Virus record (IMG/VR): IMGVR_UViG_3300027896_002454
Span: 1 to 61,326 of that record
Length of the DNA stretch: 61,326 bases
From: a virus
Taxonomy: Duplodnaviria; Caudoviricetes
Reading direction: 5' to 3' (one strand)
The notes under the pieces are model-generated. The model ran no database searches, was not told where the DNA came from, and saw only the letters and a list, made by a program, of their open reading frames with translations. Below, in pieces: positions 27,924 through 37,661 of the stretch (the stretch's first letter is position 1; each line of letters opens with the position of its first letter). Position numbers and translations under genes: made by a program.

Positions 27924-28181
27924 CTAATCTTTTTTGATAAATTTTCCAGCTAAAATAGTTCCTATATATAAACCAAGAATCCAAAATAAAGCAGAATATT
28001 TATTGTTAATAATACTTACTGTATAAAACCATGTGCAAAAACCAATTAATGAACTATATATAGCTGCAATATTATATCTTTTAATAATTAAATTTTTATC
28101 ATAGAAAACCCATAAAAAATCTATAATCATTCCAGAAATAAAAACAACAAAACTACATAATATAAATTCTAAATCAAACAT
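27924..28181 (-). CDS. Small three-TM membrane protein
   Basis: Three hydrophobic segments, GLYIGT. Confidence 0.6.
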   Translation of the reverse strand: MFDLEFILCSFVVFISGMIIDFLWVFYDKNLIIKRYNIAAIYSSLIGFCTWFYTVSIINNKYSALFWILGLYIGTILAGKFIKKD

Positions 28182-30157
28182 GTTTCACCATCACAGTATT
28201 TTTCAGTTAGTTCGTGTACGTCTTCTTTCAACTTTAATGGCTTAATCTTTGATATTAATCTTTCGTATTCTTTTTCTGTGATTGGAATGTATGGAGCTTG
28301 TTCATAACCATGATCTTCTAAAGGTAAAAAACTAACACTTTTAATTCTTGTCTCATATAGCTCTAATGCATCTTTTATTTGGTTAGCTTCGTCTTTCTTA
28401 AAACTAATTGTTACACTTACAGAATTATCACTCCAATAATATTGCATTTGAGCTGTATTTTCCATTTGCTCCCAAAGAGTAACATCTTGCTTTCCTTTAG
28501 TAAAATATTTTTCTTTAATTGGAAAACTAATAACTAAAGAATCTTTAGAATACTTATCTTTTTCTATAATATATCCAGCTTCTTTACAAATCTCTACTAA
28601 AGGACTGTTATCTGATATTCTAATATTTCTAACATAAAATTCAGATTCTGGATAGTGTACACCTGGAGGAACTCCTGGAAGTAATGATACTGTTCCTGAT
28701 GGCTTTACTGTTGTTACTTTAATAGATTTTGGAACGCACAACCAATCAGAATACTGTTCGTCTAACTCTTTAATATAATTATATCCTTTATCACACATTT
28801 CAAGAAATGCTCTTCTTCCAAATTTCTTAAATGCTTGAGTTATTCCACTCATGCTGGTACCGATTCTTCTATTACGCATCATTACTGCGTTTGTTCTTGG
28901 ATCGTGAGTCGGAATAAGAGTTACTGTTTTTGCATAAAGATAGGCATATTTTAAAGTTTTTTGAAAATCATCATATGTTTCATGATTAGAAGGAAATGTT
29001 TCTACTAAATTACATAATTCAAATGATTCAAGTGACATTTCTACGCAAGGATTAAATCCTTTTACTCTAACATCTTTTCCATTTGGTTTATCTTTCATTC
29101 TAGCATATCTTCTAGCATTGTCTAGCCAAACATACCCTGGTTCTCCATTTATTGCTGTAAATTTTGTAAATTTTTCATAATTCATTCCTGCTATGCAAGA
29201 TATGCTATTATTACTTGCCCACCTATGAGAATTAAGTTTTTCTTTATCTTGTTTTAACAATATAAAGAATTCATCTTCTGAATCACCTATAGCTAATTCT
29301 GCAGAACGTCTAACATTTCCGCTAACAACACACTTACCAATACAATTAAATATATCTACTATTTGAGTAGACGTTATTTTTAAAGATATAAAATCTAGTT
29401 GTGATTGAGAAAATGTTTGAATGTAATCTTTTGAAAACTCTGATTTAGTATTGTTTCCAGTAACAATACACATTATTTCATTAACTAATTGTGCTAATGG
29501 CTCTGGTCCAGATGACGTGCCGCCAAAAGTCTTTATTGGTTCTCCTTTTTTCCTAATTTTAGAATAATCTATAGTGGCAGGAAAGTCTGTATTTCCCATA
29601 AAACTTTCTAAAACTGTTTCTACTAATTTTACCCATCCTTCTCTTGTGTCTTCTACTACAAAAGTTCCATTAACTTTGGGTTTTCTTAAAGTAACAGTAT
29701 TTTTTCCTAACGTGTCAAATCCAACGCCAACGCCTAGCATAAGCATATCCATAGCAAATGTAAACGGTGCAGCAAATGAAACATTTATTTCATCTGTAGA
29801 AACAAACGCGCAATTATTAAGTGCACCAGAACCTTTTTTCTCTATTAAATCTAAACTCATAGCCCATAAACCTCTACCAGGCGGTAGAAATTTAAAATCC
29901 CACATACGTTGAAACATTTCTTGCGCAGATTTTTGAGCTTTGTTATCTTTCCACGGAAGTTTTAGTTGCTCACAATGTCTTTTCTGTATTGTATAAACTG
30001 TTTCTATTACTCTTTGTAATGTTTGCCAAAATTCTTCTGATTTTCCATTTTGTAACGTTCTTGCATAAGTACGTTTAAAAACAAAATATCCTAAGGGTCC
30101 CCATTTAGGTTGCTTATTTTTGAATTGTTCTACAAATGATTCTGTTAATCTAAACAA
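28169..30157 (-). CDS. nrdJ: Class II (B12-dependent) ribonucleotide reductase, monomeric RTPR type
   Basis: RTYAR, PPGRGLW, NNCAF, VVSGNVRRSA, NPCVE, LCNLVE, VKPSGTVS, C-terminal CDGETC. Confidence 0.93.
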   Translation of the reverse strand: MFRLTESFVEQFKNKQPKWGPLGYFVFKRTYARTLQNGKSEEFWQTLQRVIETVYTIQKRHCEQLKLPWKDNKAQKSAQEMFQRMWDFKFLPPGRGLWAMSLDLIEKKGSGALNNCAFVSTDEINVSFAAPFTFAMDMLMLGVGVGFDTLGKNTVTLRKPKVNGTFVVEDTREGWVKLVETVLESFMGNTDFPATIDYSKIRKKGEPIKTFGGTSSGPEPLAQLVNEIMCIVTGNNTKSEFSKDYIQTFSQSQLDFISLKITSTQIVDIFNCIGKCVVSGNVRRSAELAIGDSEDEFFILLKQDKEKLNSHRWASNNSISCIAGMNYEKFTKFTAINGEPGYVWLDNARRYARMKDKPNGKDVRVKGFNPCVEMSLESFELCNLVETFPSNHETYDDFQKTLKYAYLYAKTVTLIPTHDPRTNAVMMRNRRIGTSMSGITQAFKKFGRRAFLEMCDKGYNYIKELDEQYSDWLCVPKSIKVTTVKPSGTVSLLPGVPPGVHYPESEFYVRNIRISDNSPLVEICKEAGYIIEKDKYSKDSLVISFPIKEKYFTKGKQDVTLWEQMENTAQMQYYWSDNSVSVTISFKKDEANQIKDALELYETRIKSVSFLPLEDHGYEQAPYIPITEKEYERLISKIKPLKLKEDVHELTEKYCDGETCLI

Positions 30158-30158
30158 T

Positions 30159-30386
30159 TTATTTCTCCGATTGATCTGTCTTTTTTATGGTCCACCCTCT
30201 ACGTTTCACTTTTTTAATTTCTTCAGATTCTAATTTATATATTAAATCTAAAATATCTTTTATCTCTTTGTGTATTTCTTTTTTAGTTTGTAAATTATTT
30301 CCACAACCTACAAATTTTTCTAAAAGATTATGTAATATATTTTGCAAATCTTTTGTACTATACTCTATCATATAGATTACCTTCAA
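30159..30386 (-). CDS. Hypothetical protein
   Basis: ORF in operon; start uncertain. Confidence 0.5.
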   Translation of the reverse strand: MKVIYMIEYSTKDLQNILHNLLEKFVGCGNNLQTKKEIHKEIKDILDLIYKLESEEIKKVKRRGWTIKKTDQSEK

Positions 30387-30564
30387 AATCCTTTCTATAA
30401 GTTTTAAATTTGTAAGTTTTTTTATCTGTTCTTGTTATAGAAGTAACAAAATTTTTATCTTTATAAAATAAAAAATGCCCACAAAGATATTCTTTTCCTA
30501 TTTTCATTCTATTAGTGTTTTGTTCTATAAAATGTATTTGTTTTAATTCTTTAATGTTTCTCAT
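30358..30564 (-). CDS. Hypothetical protein
   Basis: TAATG-coupled ORF. Confidence 0.5.
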   Translation of the reverse strand: MRNIKELKQIHFIEQNTNRMKIGKEYLCGHFLFYKDKNFVTSITRTDKKTYKFKTYRKDFEGNLYDRV

Positions 30565-30872
30565 TAATGATTATCCTTTGGCATAATATTTTGATAAACA
30601 TCTGAAGATTTTGTTCCTTTTGCTTCTTCTTTCATTAAAGAGGATGTATCTTTTAAAGATCCAGTTGAGTCTCTATGAAATTGTGGTGTCCATCCATCAC
30701 CTTTAAATGAAACCATAGCAGCTGTATATAGCCTTTTATGTTTAGCTTCAGCTCCACATTTAGGACATTTTAGTAATTTTAAAGTGTTTATGTAATCACT
30801 ATATTCACTAAATGGCATTAATTCTTCAAAAGAAGCACTACATGAATTACATAAAAATTCATAAATAGGCAT
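30564..30872 (-). CDS. FmdB-family zinc-ribbon protein
   Basis: MPIYEFLCNSC..FE..CPKCG..FKGDGW. Confidence 0.85.
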   Translation of the reverse strand: MPIYEFLCNSCSASFEELMPFSEYSDYINTLKLLKCPKCGAEAKHKRLYTAAMVSFKGDGWTPQFHRDSTGSLKDTSSLMKEEAKGTKSSDVYQNIMPKDNH

Positions 30873-30873
30873 A

Positions 30874-31254
30874 TTATGCTGCACCTTTCACAGTCAACAA
30901 TGTGTCTCTTACAAGTTCTAAATCTTGCTGTTGCTTTTCTAACATGTGATCTGCTTCAAAAAACCTATATGCAGTCTTTGAATCTAATTCTGAAACTTCA
31001 TATTTGAAATATATATCTCCGCCGCCTAATGCATAAAGAGTATATTTGAATAAACTAGATTTTTCGTCTAGTTTTCTAACTATCTTCAATTCTAAAAGTC
31101 TGCCGTGTACTCTATTCTGCAAATCTAATCTAGATGATATGTCAAATAAACAAGTAACTGTATCGTCATCCATTTTTGCAAATTTATCTGGTTGCTTTTC
31201 GAATAAGTCGTATATTAAAGAAACAATTTGATTTCTTATTGTAAATTCGTCCAT
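30874..31254 (-). CDS. Hypothetical protein
   Basis: Start taken at MDEF after AAAGG. Confidence 0.6.
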   Translation of the reverse strand: MDEFTIRNQIVSLIYDLFEKQPDKFAKMDDDTVTCLFDISSRLDLQNRVHGRLLELKIVRKLDEKSSLFKYTLYALGGGDIYFKYEVSELDSKTAYRFFEADHMLEKQQQDLELVRDTLLTVKGAA

Positions 31255-31258
31255 ATTA

Positions 31259-31498
31259 TTACCTTTTGCGTTGTGATGGGTCAAAATTGCCAGGCCCTGT
31301 TATGATACCACTATTTATTCTATTTTCTAATTGTTCTATTGCTTTCTTTTCTAAATACTGAGTAGCAAATTGTTTCATAAAATTTCTATATCTTTCTTCA
31401 ATAACAGCAGCTACTTCAATTCTGTTATTTTCATTTCTAAAATCTCTATCTTGAAAATCAGATAAAACTTCAAATGCTATGTCTTTTAATTTTGTCAT
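31259..31498 (-). CDS. Hypothetical protein
   Basis: ATGA-coupled ORF. Confidence 0.6.
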   Translation of the reverse strand: MTKLKDIAFEVLSDFQDRDFRNENNRIEVAAVIEERYRNFMKQFATQYLEKKAIEQLENRINSGIITGPGNFDPSQRKR

Positions 31499-32859
31499 CT
31501 TGAACTTTCCTTCATTTCTCTATATCGTTGTCTCATGTGATCTTCTGTTGCTTTTTTATCTGAAAATTCTATCATTGGATTTATATCTTCTGGTTCTAAT
31601 ATGTCTATCTTTGCTGTAGTTGTATTCATTATAACTGGTAATACTAAACCGTCTTCACCAGCTCTATTTTTAGCTACATATATCTTGCCTTTGTTTAATC
31701 GTTTATCTTCATATCTTCTAGATAATGAAATTATAACATCTGCAACTTGAGCTTTTGCAAAAGATTCTGCTATACTTGATAAAACTACAACTTCTTCTTC
31801 CATTCCACCTCTATTAGTTTGAGATGCAGTTATAACAGGAATCTTTAACTCTCCACCCAAAGCTCTAAGATCTTCATAAACACTTTCTAATTCATATCTT
31901 TTTTGTTCATAATTCTTTCTAGAATTCATTAAATCTGCATAATCAACAATAACAATATCTGGATATATTCCATAATGATTTAACTTATTTATATGATTTC
32001 TAATTGTTACTACATTAGCTGTTTTAGTTGGGTATTCTTTAATTATAAGTTTACCATTTGTTTTTTCACTATGCTCTAATAATCTTGCTCTAACTAATTC
32101 TTTATTTGCAGTTATTTGTTGTATCGGAATACCAGATACTATAGCATCATATCTACCACCAACTTGATGTTCATATAATTCAAACGTATAATGTAATGCT
32201 GTCTTACCCTGATCAATAGCTGCTTTTCCAGCATAACACAATAACCATGATTTTCCAATTCCAGTACCAGCTAATATCACAGACAGCTCACCTCTACCCC
32301 AACCTCCATTAAGAACTTTGTCTAACACTTTCCAACCAGTACTAATAGTAGAACGATTTGCCATTAAAATTCTTTTATCAAAATGTTCGAAATAATTATG
32401 ACCAATATCATAATTTTCTCCAGCATTTAAAGCATCTTTAATAGTTTTATATATTTCTTCAAATCTACCTTGTTGTAAAAAATCAACAGATTCTAACAAG
32501 GCTTTTTTCATTTTTTGATTTCTACAAAATTCTAAAGCTTTATCTTTTATATATGTTAAATCACTTATTGGATTCTTTTTTATTTCAGAAAGTATTAAAG
32601 AAGATGATTCTCTTAATAAATGATCTTGTATTAAATTAACACTTACCTCTAATATATCTTCAGATGGTACAATTTTATATTTTTCATAATAATCAAGAAT
32701 TACTTTATACAAATTTGAGTGAGATTCTTGATCAAAATATTCTGATAACATTATACCATAAGTTTTTTCGAAAAACTGTTGATCTATAATAATAGCTTGT
32801 AAAACTTTTGTTTGAAAATTTGTTCCAAAAATACTAAAATTATCTCTTTTTTGAGGCAT
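31495..32859 (-). CDS. dnaB: Replicative DNA helicase (DnaB / T4 gp41-like)
   Basis: TGWKVLD, AGTGIGKS, YTFEL, IKEYPT, VDYADL, TASQTNR, AES, KNRAG. Confidence 0.93.
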   Translation of the reverse strand: MPQKRDNFSIFGTNFQTKVLQAIIIDQQFFEKTYGIMLSEYFDQESHSNLYKVILDYYEKYKIVPSEDILEVSVNLIQDHLLRESSSLILSEIKKNPISDLTYIKDKALEFCRNQKMKKALLESVDFLQQGRFEEIYKTIKDALNAGENYDIGHNYFEHFDKRILMANRSTISTGWKVLDKVLNGGWGRGELSVILAGTGIGKSWLLCYAGKAAIDQGKTALHYTFELYEHQVGGRYDAIVSGIPIQQITANKELVRARLLEHSEKTNGKLIIKEYPTKTANVVTIRNHINKLNHYGIYPDIVIVDYADLMNSRKNYEQKRYELESVYEDLRALGGELKIPVITASQTNRGGMEEEVVVLSSIAESFAKAQVADVIISLSRRYEDKRLNKGKIYVAKNRAGEDGLVLPVIMNTTTAKIDILEPEDINPMIEFSDKKATEDHMRQRYREMKESSR

Positions 32860-32861
32860 AT

Positions 32862-33910
32862 TTATGCTAGGTCAGTTTCGTTTTTGATTTGATTAAATTG
32901 CCAATTTAAACGCAAGAACAATCTGTGCCAATCGTCCATCCGTTTTATTTGTGAATGTAAGCTATCTTTTAGGAATAAAATCATTAATTGTGAAGTAGAT
33001 AGCATAGGTTTTTGATTTATTAAAAGTGATTTAATTTTATCAACTGATTGTGAATTTATATTATGATTTCTTAATTGAACTAAATCGAAATTTCTTTCAA
33101 GAGTCTTTTTCGATTCTTCGGTGAGGAAAACTTGATATTTTTCTTCATCTTTGTGTTGCTCAGCGTAGTTTGTTAAATCTTCTAATGTATAAATATTATC
33201 TTCATTTAGAAAAGGAAACATTTTCACTAAAGTTTTTTCTCCGAGTCCTTTTTTTAATTTTGGGATTCCATCACTTGCATCACCAATTGCAGATTTAAGT
33301 AATGCATGATTTTTTGGATAAACAAAAGTTCTTTTTAATACTTCTTCTTTTGTTATGATCTCTTTTTTTACTGGTCTGTAAACTCTTGTTTTTTCATCTA
33401 TTAATTGATAATAATCTTTATCTGAACTAACAATAATTTTTTCATCATCTTTAAATAAATTGTTCGAAACATATGCTATAACATCATCTGCTTCTAAATT
33501 TTCAATTTCTAATTGATAAACTGGTAATATCGTAAAGTATTCTTTCGTTTTCAATAATTGAGTAACAAAATTTTGTTTTTCTTCTTCTGGAGTAGAAAAT
33601 TCAAATACTTTAGATAAAGAACCTCGTGTTTTTCTTCCCTCTTTATATTCTGCGAATACTTCTCTTCTCCGTTTTCCTGAATTTTTTCCTTCCCAGCACC
33701 AAATAACTACATTTGGATTAAATATTTCAACTAAATGTTTTATCGTTTGTAATACGCCAAATACTCCACCAAAAAATTCTCCATTGTCATTTACGACTCC
33801 AACAACAATAAAATTACGAATAAACTGATTTATAGACCGTCGATCAATAAAATCCTACGAACAGGTTTTATTGCGACGGTACTCTCCTTATGCTCGACTG
33901 CGTTATTCAT
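32862..33910 (-). CDS. 5'-3' exonuclease (FEN / T4 RNase H-like), interrupted by a frameshift and stop at 33830-33832
   Basis: ORF1 33830-33910 MNNAVEHKESTVAIKPVRRILLIDGL*; ORF2 frame continues NQFIRNF..GGVFG..WEGK..RR..EYKEGR..EADDVIAY..SSDKDYYQL..GDASDGIP..GLGEKT. Confidence 0.88.
33836..33880 (-). promoter_or_regulatory. 45-nt mRNA hairpin immediately 5' of the frameshift/stop site
   Basis: ACCGTCG-CAATAAAA-CCT-GTTCGT-AGG-A-TTTTATTG-AT-CGACGGT (18 bp). Confidence 0.75.
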
Positions 33911-34583
33911 TTATTTCCTTTTTAAATATCTTGTTTAGCAAAGCTTTATTTTTATTTATTATTTCGTCTATATCTCTACTATCTAATAATATTCTATAAA
34001 GTGTAAAATTATTTTTTGCTGCTATTTGTTCTTTTAATTCATCTACAATTTTAACTCCAGCTCGAGAATGCCAATACTCTCCATCACATTCTATAAGTGT
34101 GTTATTATACTTTCCATCATAATATTTATCATTTAAACAAAATTGTCTTTCTATCTTAACATTAAAAATGTTTTCTAATTTATTTAATAAATTGTCTTCT
34201 AACTTTGAAGATATTTTAAAATTTATTTTTCCATTACGCATTCTTTTTATTGCAGATTCACTCATTTTCTTTTTAGATTCTTCAGAATAAACTTGTAATT
34301 TTCTCTTCTCTCTCATCTTTTGCTTAGTTTCTTCACTATGTTTTTTACCATACATAGCATTATTTTTTCCACTAATCTTATCCTTTATCAAAAATAAAGC
34401 TTTTTTAACAGATTCACTATCTTTTCTTTTGTGCTCGTCTGTTAGAGTTATTCCAGTTTTCGTTTTCTTATTAACATAAGATATTACGCAACTTCTTGAG
34501 TGAAATCTTGTTCCTCTCTTTATTTGAGCTTCTGATAATTTTTCGCTGCAATATTCACAAAACTTTATAATTTGAGTTTCCAC
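33903..34583 (-). mobile_element. Free-standing NUMOD3 + Vsr/DUF559-like homing endonuclease
   Basis: CEYC, SGKNNAMYGKKHSEETK, RQF..YYDG..IECDGEYWHS; start taken at GTG after GAGGAAG. Confidence 0.8.
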
Positions 34584-34885
34584 TCTTCTTCCTCTTTTAA
34601 TCCATATTGCGCTTTTAATTTTACTATAGCTACTTTCCACATATCTGTAGTTATAGCAGTTGTAGAAAATAATCCTATTAAATCAGAAAGTTTTGGTCCA
34701 CCGATGTCTATCATTAATTTATCACATTGTTCTAGTGTGCTTTTTGATCCAATATGAACAATTTCATAAAATTTTTCTCTACATCGCTCATGCACTTCAT
34801 AGTGTTCAATGCTATGTTCAAAATAATATTGCAAATATTCATGGTTTCTAAACATCCTTTTGTTACATACGAAACATTTTTTCAT
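34565..34885 (-). CDS. Hypothetical zinc-binding protein
   Basis: CFVC..HERC. Confidence 0.6.
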   Translation of the reverse strand: MKKCFVCNKRMFRNHEYLQYYFEHSIEHYEVHERCREKFYEIVHIGSKSTLEQCDKLMIDIGGPKLSDLIGLFSTTAITTDMWKVAIVKLKAQYGLKEEEEWKLKL

Positions 34886-35437
34886 TTAATTATTCCATTT
34901 TATTTGAATTTTCTTTATAAGTTTAAAATATACTTCTTTCAAAAGTCTTGCATCTTCTAATGCTCCATGCTTTTGACTTCTAAGATTAGACATATTTAAT
35001 TTATCTAAACATTCGTCTAAACTAACTCTATCAAAATATTTAGCATCTCTAAACAAGTTTGCTAAAGTAACTGTATCTAAAAAATATTTAGGTTGATCTC
35101 TAACTCCGACTCCATGAGTAGATAAAAATGCTGACAAAAATGATCTATCAAAAGCTGCATTATGAGCATATATATTATCAGCATTTTTTAATATTCTATT
35201 TACTTCTAAAGCTATCTTATAAGGATTTCCAGCTTTGCTACCCCATTTACCGACATGATATCCATTAACTCTAGCAGCTTCTGGATTGATTCCTCTTGTA
35301 GCTTCCATGAAAAAATTATGTTCTTCTGTAATTTTTTCTGTTAAACTATCTGCTATTGCTATTCCTATTTCAATTACTTCGTCTCGTAAAAAATTAAGAC
35401 CTGTAGTCTCTATATCTACAAATGCTATCTTTGACAT
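34886..35437 (-). CDS. DEDDh 3'-5' exonuclease (DnaQ-like)
   Basis: FVDIETTGL, AHNAAFD, LDT, HGALEDA. Confidence 0.9.
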   Translation of the reverse strand: MSKIAFVDIETTGLNFLRDEVIEIGIAIADSLTEKITEEHNFFMEATRGINPEAARVNGYHVGKWGSKAGNPYKIALEVNRILKNADNIYAHNAAFDRSFLSAFLSTHGVGVRDQPKYFLDTVTLANLFRDAKYFDRVSLDECLDKLNMSNLRSQKHGALEDARLLKEVYFKLIKKIQIKWNN

Positions 35438-35445
35438 ATTATTCC

Positions 35446-35577
35446 TTATGATGGCGTTAATCTAAATGATTCTAATTCTACTAACAATCTTTTAAGTGTT
35501 TCTGCAGGACTTTCATTGTTCTTCTTTTCTTCAGATAAAAGTTCTACTAATTCATTATAGTTTGCTTTATATTTCAT
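35446..35577 (-). CDS. 43-aa protein, possible ribbon-helix-helix (not in ORF track)
   Basis: MKYKANYNELVELLSEEKKNNESPAETLKRLL; ATGA overlap with recA stop. Confidence 0.55.
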   Translation of the reverse strand: MKYKANYNELVELLSEEKKNNESPAETLKRLLVELESFRLTPS

Positions 35578-36767
35578 ATTTCTACCTCATTGTCTTCCTT
35601 TAGTTTAGCATTTCCTGATTCATCTACATCTACTTTTGCTTCATCAAAATTAAGTATATTTTTTTCCATAACTTGTTTTCTTAAAAATTCTTCTAATCCT
35701 GGAGTATTTATAACATTCTCTCTCCATTGAGTAGTCCTAAATTTAAGAGTTTGACCATTGAACTCTAATTCATAAGATTGAGTAGTTGGTTTTCTAATTA
35801 CTTCTAAATCAACTAACGTGTTGAAATTACTTTCTAAATCATCGACTCCTTTATTAAAATAAACAGAAAAATGACAATCTCTACCAGGAGAAGAAACTCT
35901 ATTTTTTGCTATCTTTGCCTTTACTCCAGCACCAATAGTATTATCTTTATTATCTTTTATCACTCCACTTTTAAGTAATTGAATTCTAACAGATGCATGA
36001 AATTTAGGAGCATATCCACCAGGAGTTGTAGTTGGATCACCGAACATTACTCCAAATTTTGATCTAATTTGATTAGTGAATAATAAAAGAACTCTTTTCT
36101 TTCCAATTAATGGCATAAGTTTTCTTAAACCAAGAGATAACATTCTTGCTTTAACTGCCATCGTGTGTTCATCATATCCTTTTTCTATTTCTTCTTTAGT
36201 CGGAGTTGATGCAATAGAGTCCCAAACAATAGTTATAAGCTTGTCTGAATTTAATTCTCTAACTTTATTGATTATAGATTCTATTCCTTCAAACACTCCC
36301 TCAACAGAACCAACTTGAAGATAGACTAAGTTGTTTAATCCAGCATTTCTAGCTTCTTGTCCTATCTTCATACCCATTCTTCTCAAAAATTCTATAGATG
36401 TTCCGTTTTCTTCGTCAAATAATATAGGAACTCCACCTAACTTTTGAGTGTTAATTAAAACATGATTTGCTAACAAACTTTTACCAGTTTGATTATCTCC
36501 ATATATTTCAACAAGGCGGCCAACAGGAAGGCCGCCATTGTCTAATCCTAACTTTTTATATAAATCATTTGAAATAATGGAATCTAAAACTGTGCATCCA
36601 GTAGAAACTAATTCATCTAGATCTGTAGGAGTTGCTTCTTCTCCTAATGCATAAGCTATCTGTCCATATTTTTTATTTAAATCTTCTATTAAAGCTGAAG
36701 AGATAGCATTATTGTCTAGTGATGCCAGTAAATCATTGGCATCAGCCATTATTTTTTTTCTTGCCAT
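35574..36767 (-). CDS. recA: RecA/UvsX recombinase
   Basis: STGCTVLD, GGLPVGRLVEIYGDNQTGKS, WDSIA, TNQIR, MFGDP, TPGG, KFHASVRI, KNRV. Confidence 0.93.
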   Translation of the reverse strand: MARKKIMADANDLLASLDNNAISSALIEDLNKKYGQIAYALGEEATPTDLDELVSTGCTVLDSIISNDLYKKLGLDNGGLPVGRLVEIYGDNQTGKSLLANHVLINTQKLGGVPILFDEENGTSIEFLRRMGMKIGQEARNAGLNNLVYLQVGSVEGVFEGIESIINKVRELNSDKLITIVWDSIASTPTKEEIEKGYDEHTMAVKARMLSLGLRKLMPLIGKKRVLLLFTNQIRSKFGVMFGDPTTTPGGYAPKFHASVRIQLLKSGVIKDNKDNTIGAGVKAKIAKNRVSSPGRDCHFSVYFNKGVDDLESNFNTLVDLEVIRKPTTQSYELEFNGQTLKFRTTQWRENVINTPGLEEFLRKQVMEKNILNFDEAKVDVDESGNAKLKEDNEVEI

Positions 36768-36772
36768 AGTAT

Positions 36773-37573
36773 TTAGCTCTTCTTAAATATATCGTCGAAT
36801 TCTTTATCTAAATCTGTAACTACTTCAGTTTTATCAGAAATAGTTTCTTTACTTGGAGCTATTACAACACCAACATCACCAGCTTCTTTTTGCTCTTCAG
36901 TAGGAGGATTTAAATAATTATTAAGAACTTGCTCTAATTCAGTATATGATTGTTCTGGATATACTTCAAATATATTTGGAACTTCTTTCAAAATCTTAAC
37001 AATCATAGCTTTATCTTGATGTAATGGACTGCTATTCCTCTTTGGAAATACTTCAGTTTTTCCATACAAAAGTTTATCACTTTTTCCAGTAAATTTAACA
37101 ACTATATCAGTTCCATCTATTGGATGAGTTATATCTCCGTACTCTGGATTTGTAAAGAAATTTAACAATGTTTCATAAACTTCTTTTCCAACTCCCCAAA
37201 ATTTAACACCTTCATCTTCTTTACCTCTAACTAGAATAGGGATATATACTCTTGTTTTAGCTGCAATTTTCTTAAATGAATTAAAATCTTCTTCAGTTTT
37301 CTTTGCTCTAAGTTTTTGAGCAAAATTACATATAGGACATTCTTTTGCAAAATTAGCTGCGCATAATGCTGTTCTATTACCAACATCATAATGAAACAAT
37401 AATTCATTAAAAGGATCTTTTGCATGTTTATAAGGAACAATTCTAACTGTAGATTCACCAACTGGTGCTTTCCAAGTCATGCTTTGACGTTTATTTGAAG
37501 AATTAAGTTGTTGAAGTTTCTTTTTGATTGAATCTAAATCGACGGGCGTAAATGTTGTTGACTGTGTAGACAT
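36773..37573 (-). CDS. Single-stranded DNA-binding protein (T4 gp32-like)
   Basis: VRIVPY, HY..C..CPIC, VRGKEDEGVKFWG, YGDITHP..G.DI; acidic tail DKEFDDIF. Confidence 0.85.
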   Translation of the reverse strand: MSTQSTTFTPVDLDSIKKKLQQLNSSNKRQSMTWKAPVGESTVRIVPYKHAKDPFNELLFHYDVGNRTALCAANFAKECPICNFAQKLRAKKTEEDFNSFKKIAAKTRVYIPILVRGKEDEGVKFWGVGKEVYETLLNFFTNPEYGDITHPIDGTDIVVKFTGKSDKLLYGKTEVFPKRNSSPLHQDKAMIVKILKEVPNIFEVYPEQSYTELEQVLNNYLNPPTEEQKEAGDVGVVIAPSKETISDKTEVVTDLDKEFDDIFKKS

Positions 37574-37624
37574 GATATTTCTTCCTTGTTAGTTTTTATT
37601 TCTATAGTTATTAAATTATGTTTA

Positions 37625-37653
37625 AATATAATAAATCTTTATTAATAAGTAAA
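37625..37653 (-). promoter_or_regulatory. Sigma70-like promoter TTTACT-N17-TATATT heading the replication operon
   Basis: Intergenic consensus match upstream of SSB (AAGGAAG RBS). Confidence 0.7.
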
Positions 37654-37661
37654 TAATTATT

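Noticed and set aside
17397-33832. Genome-wide stop-codon reassignment to explain internal stops
   Set aside because: Long conserved genes are intact in the standard code; TGA and TAG terminate genes at clean junctions; the exonuclease break needs a frame change, not readthrough
33830-34640. Group I intron explaining the exonuclease interruption
   Set aside because: Both coding parts lie on the same side of the endonuclease, only 2 nt apart; no room for an intron core
28169-36767. Inteins or introns in nrdJ, helicase or recA
   Set aside because: Lengths are normal and motifs are contiguous at the usual insertion sites
37231-37461. 76-aa minus-strand ORF
   Set aside because: Nested out of frame inside the SSB gene with no recognisable features
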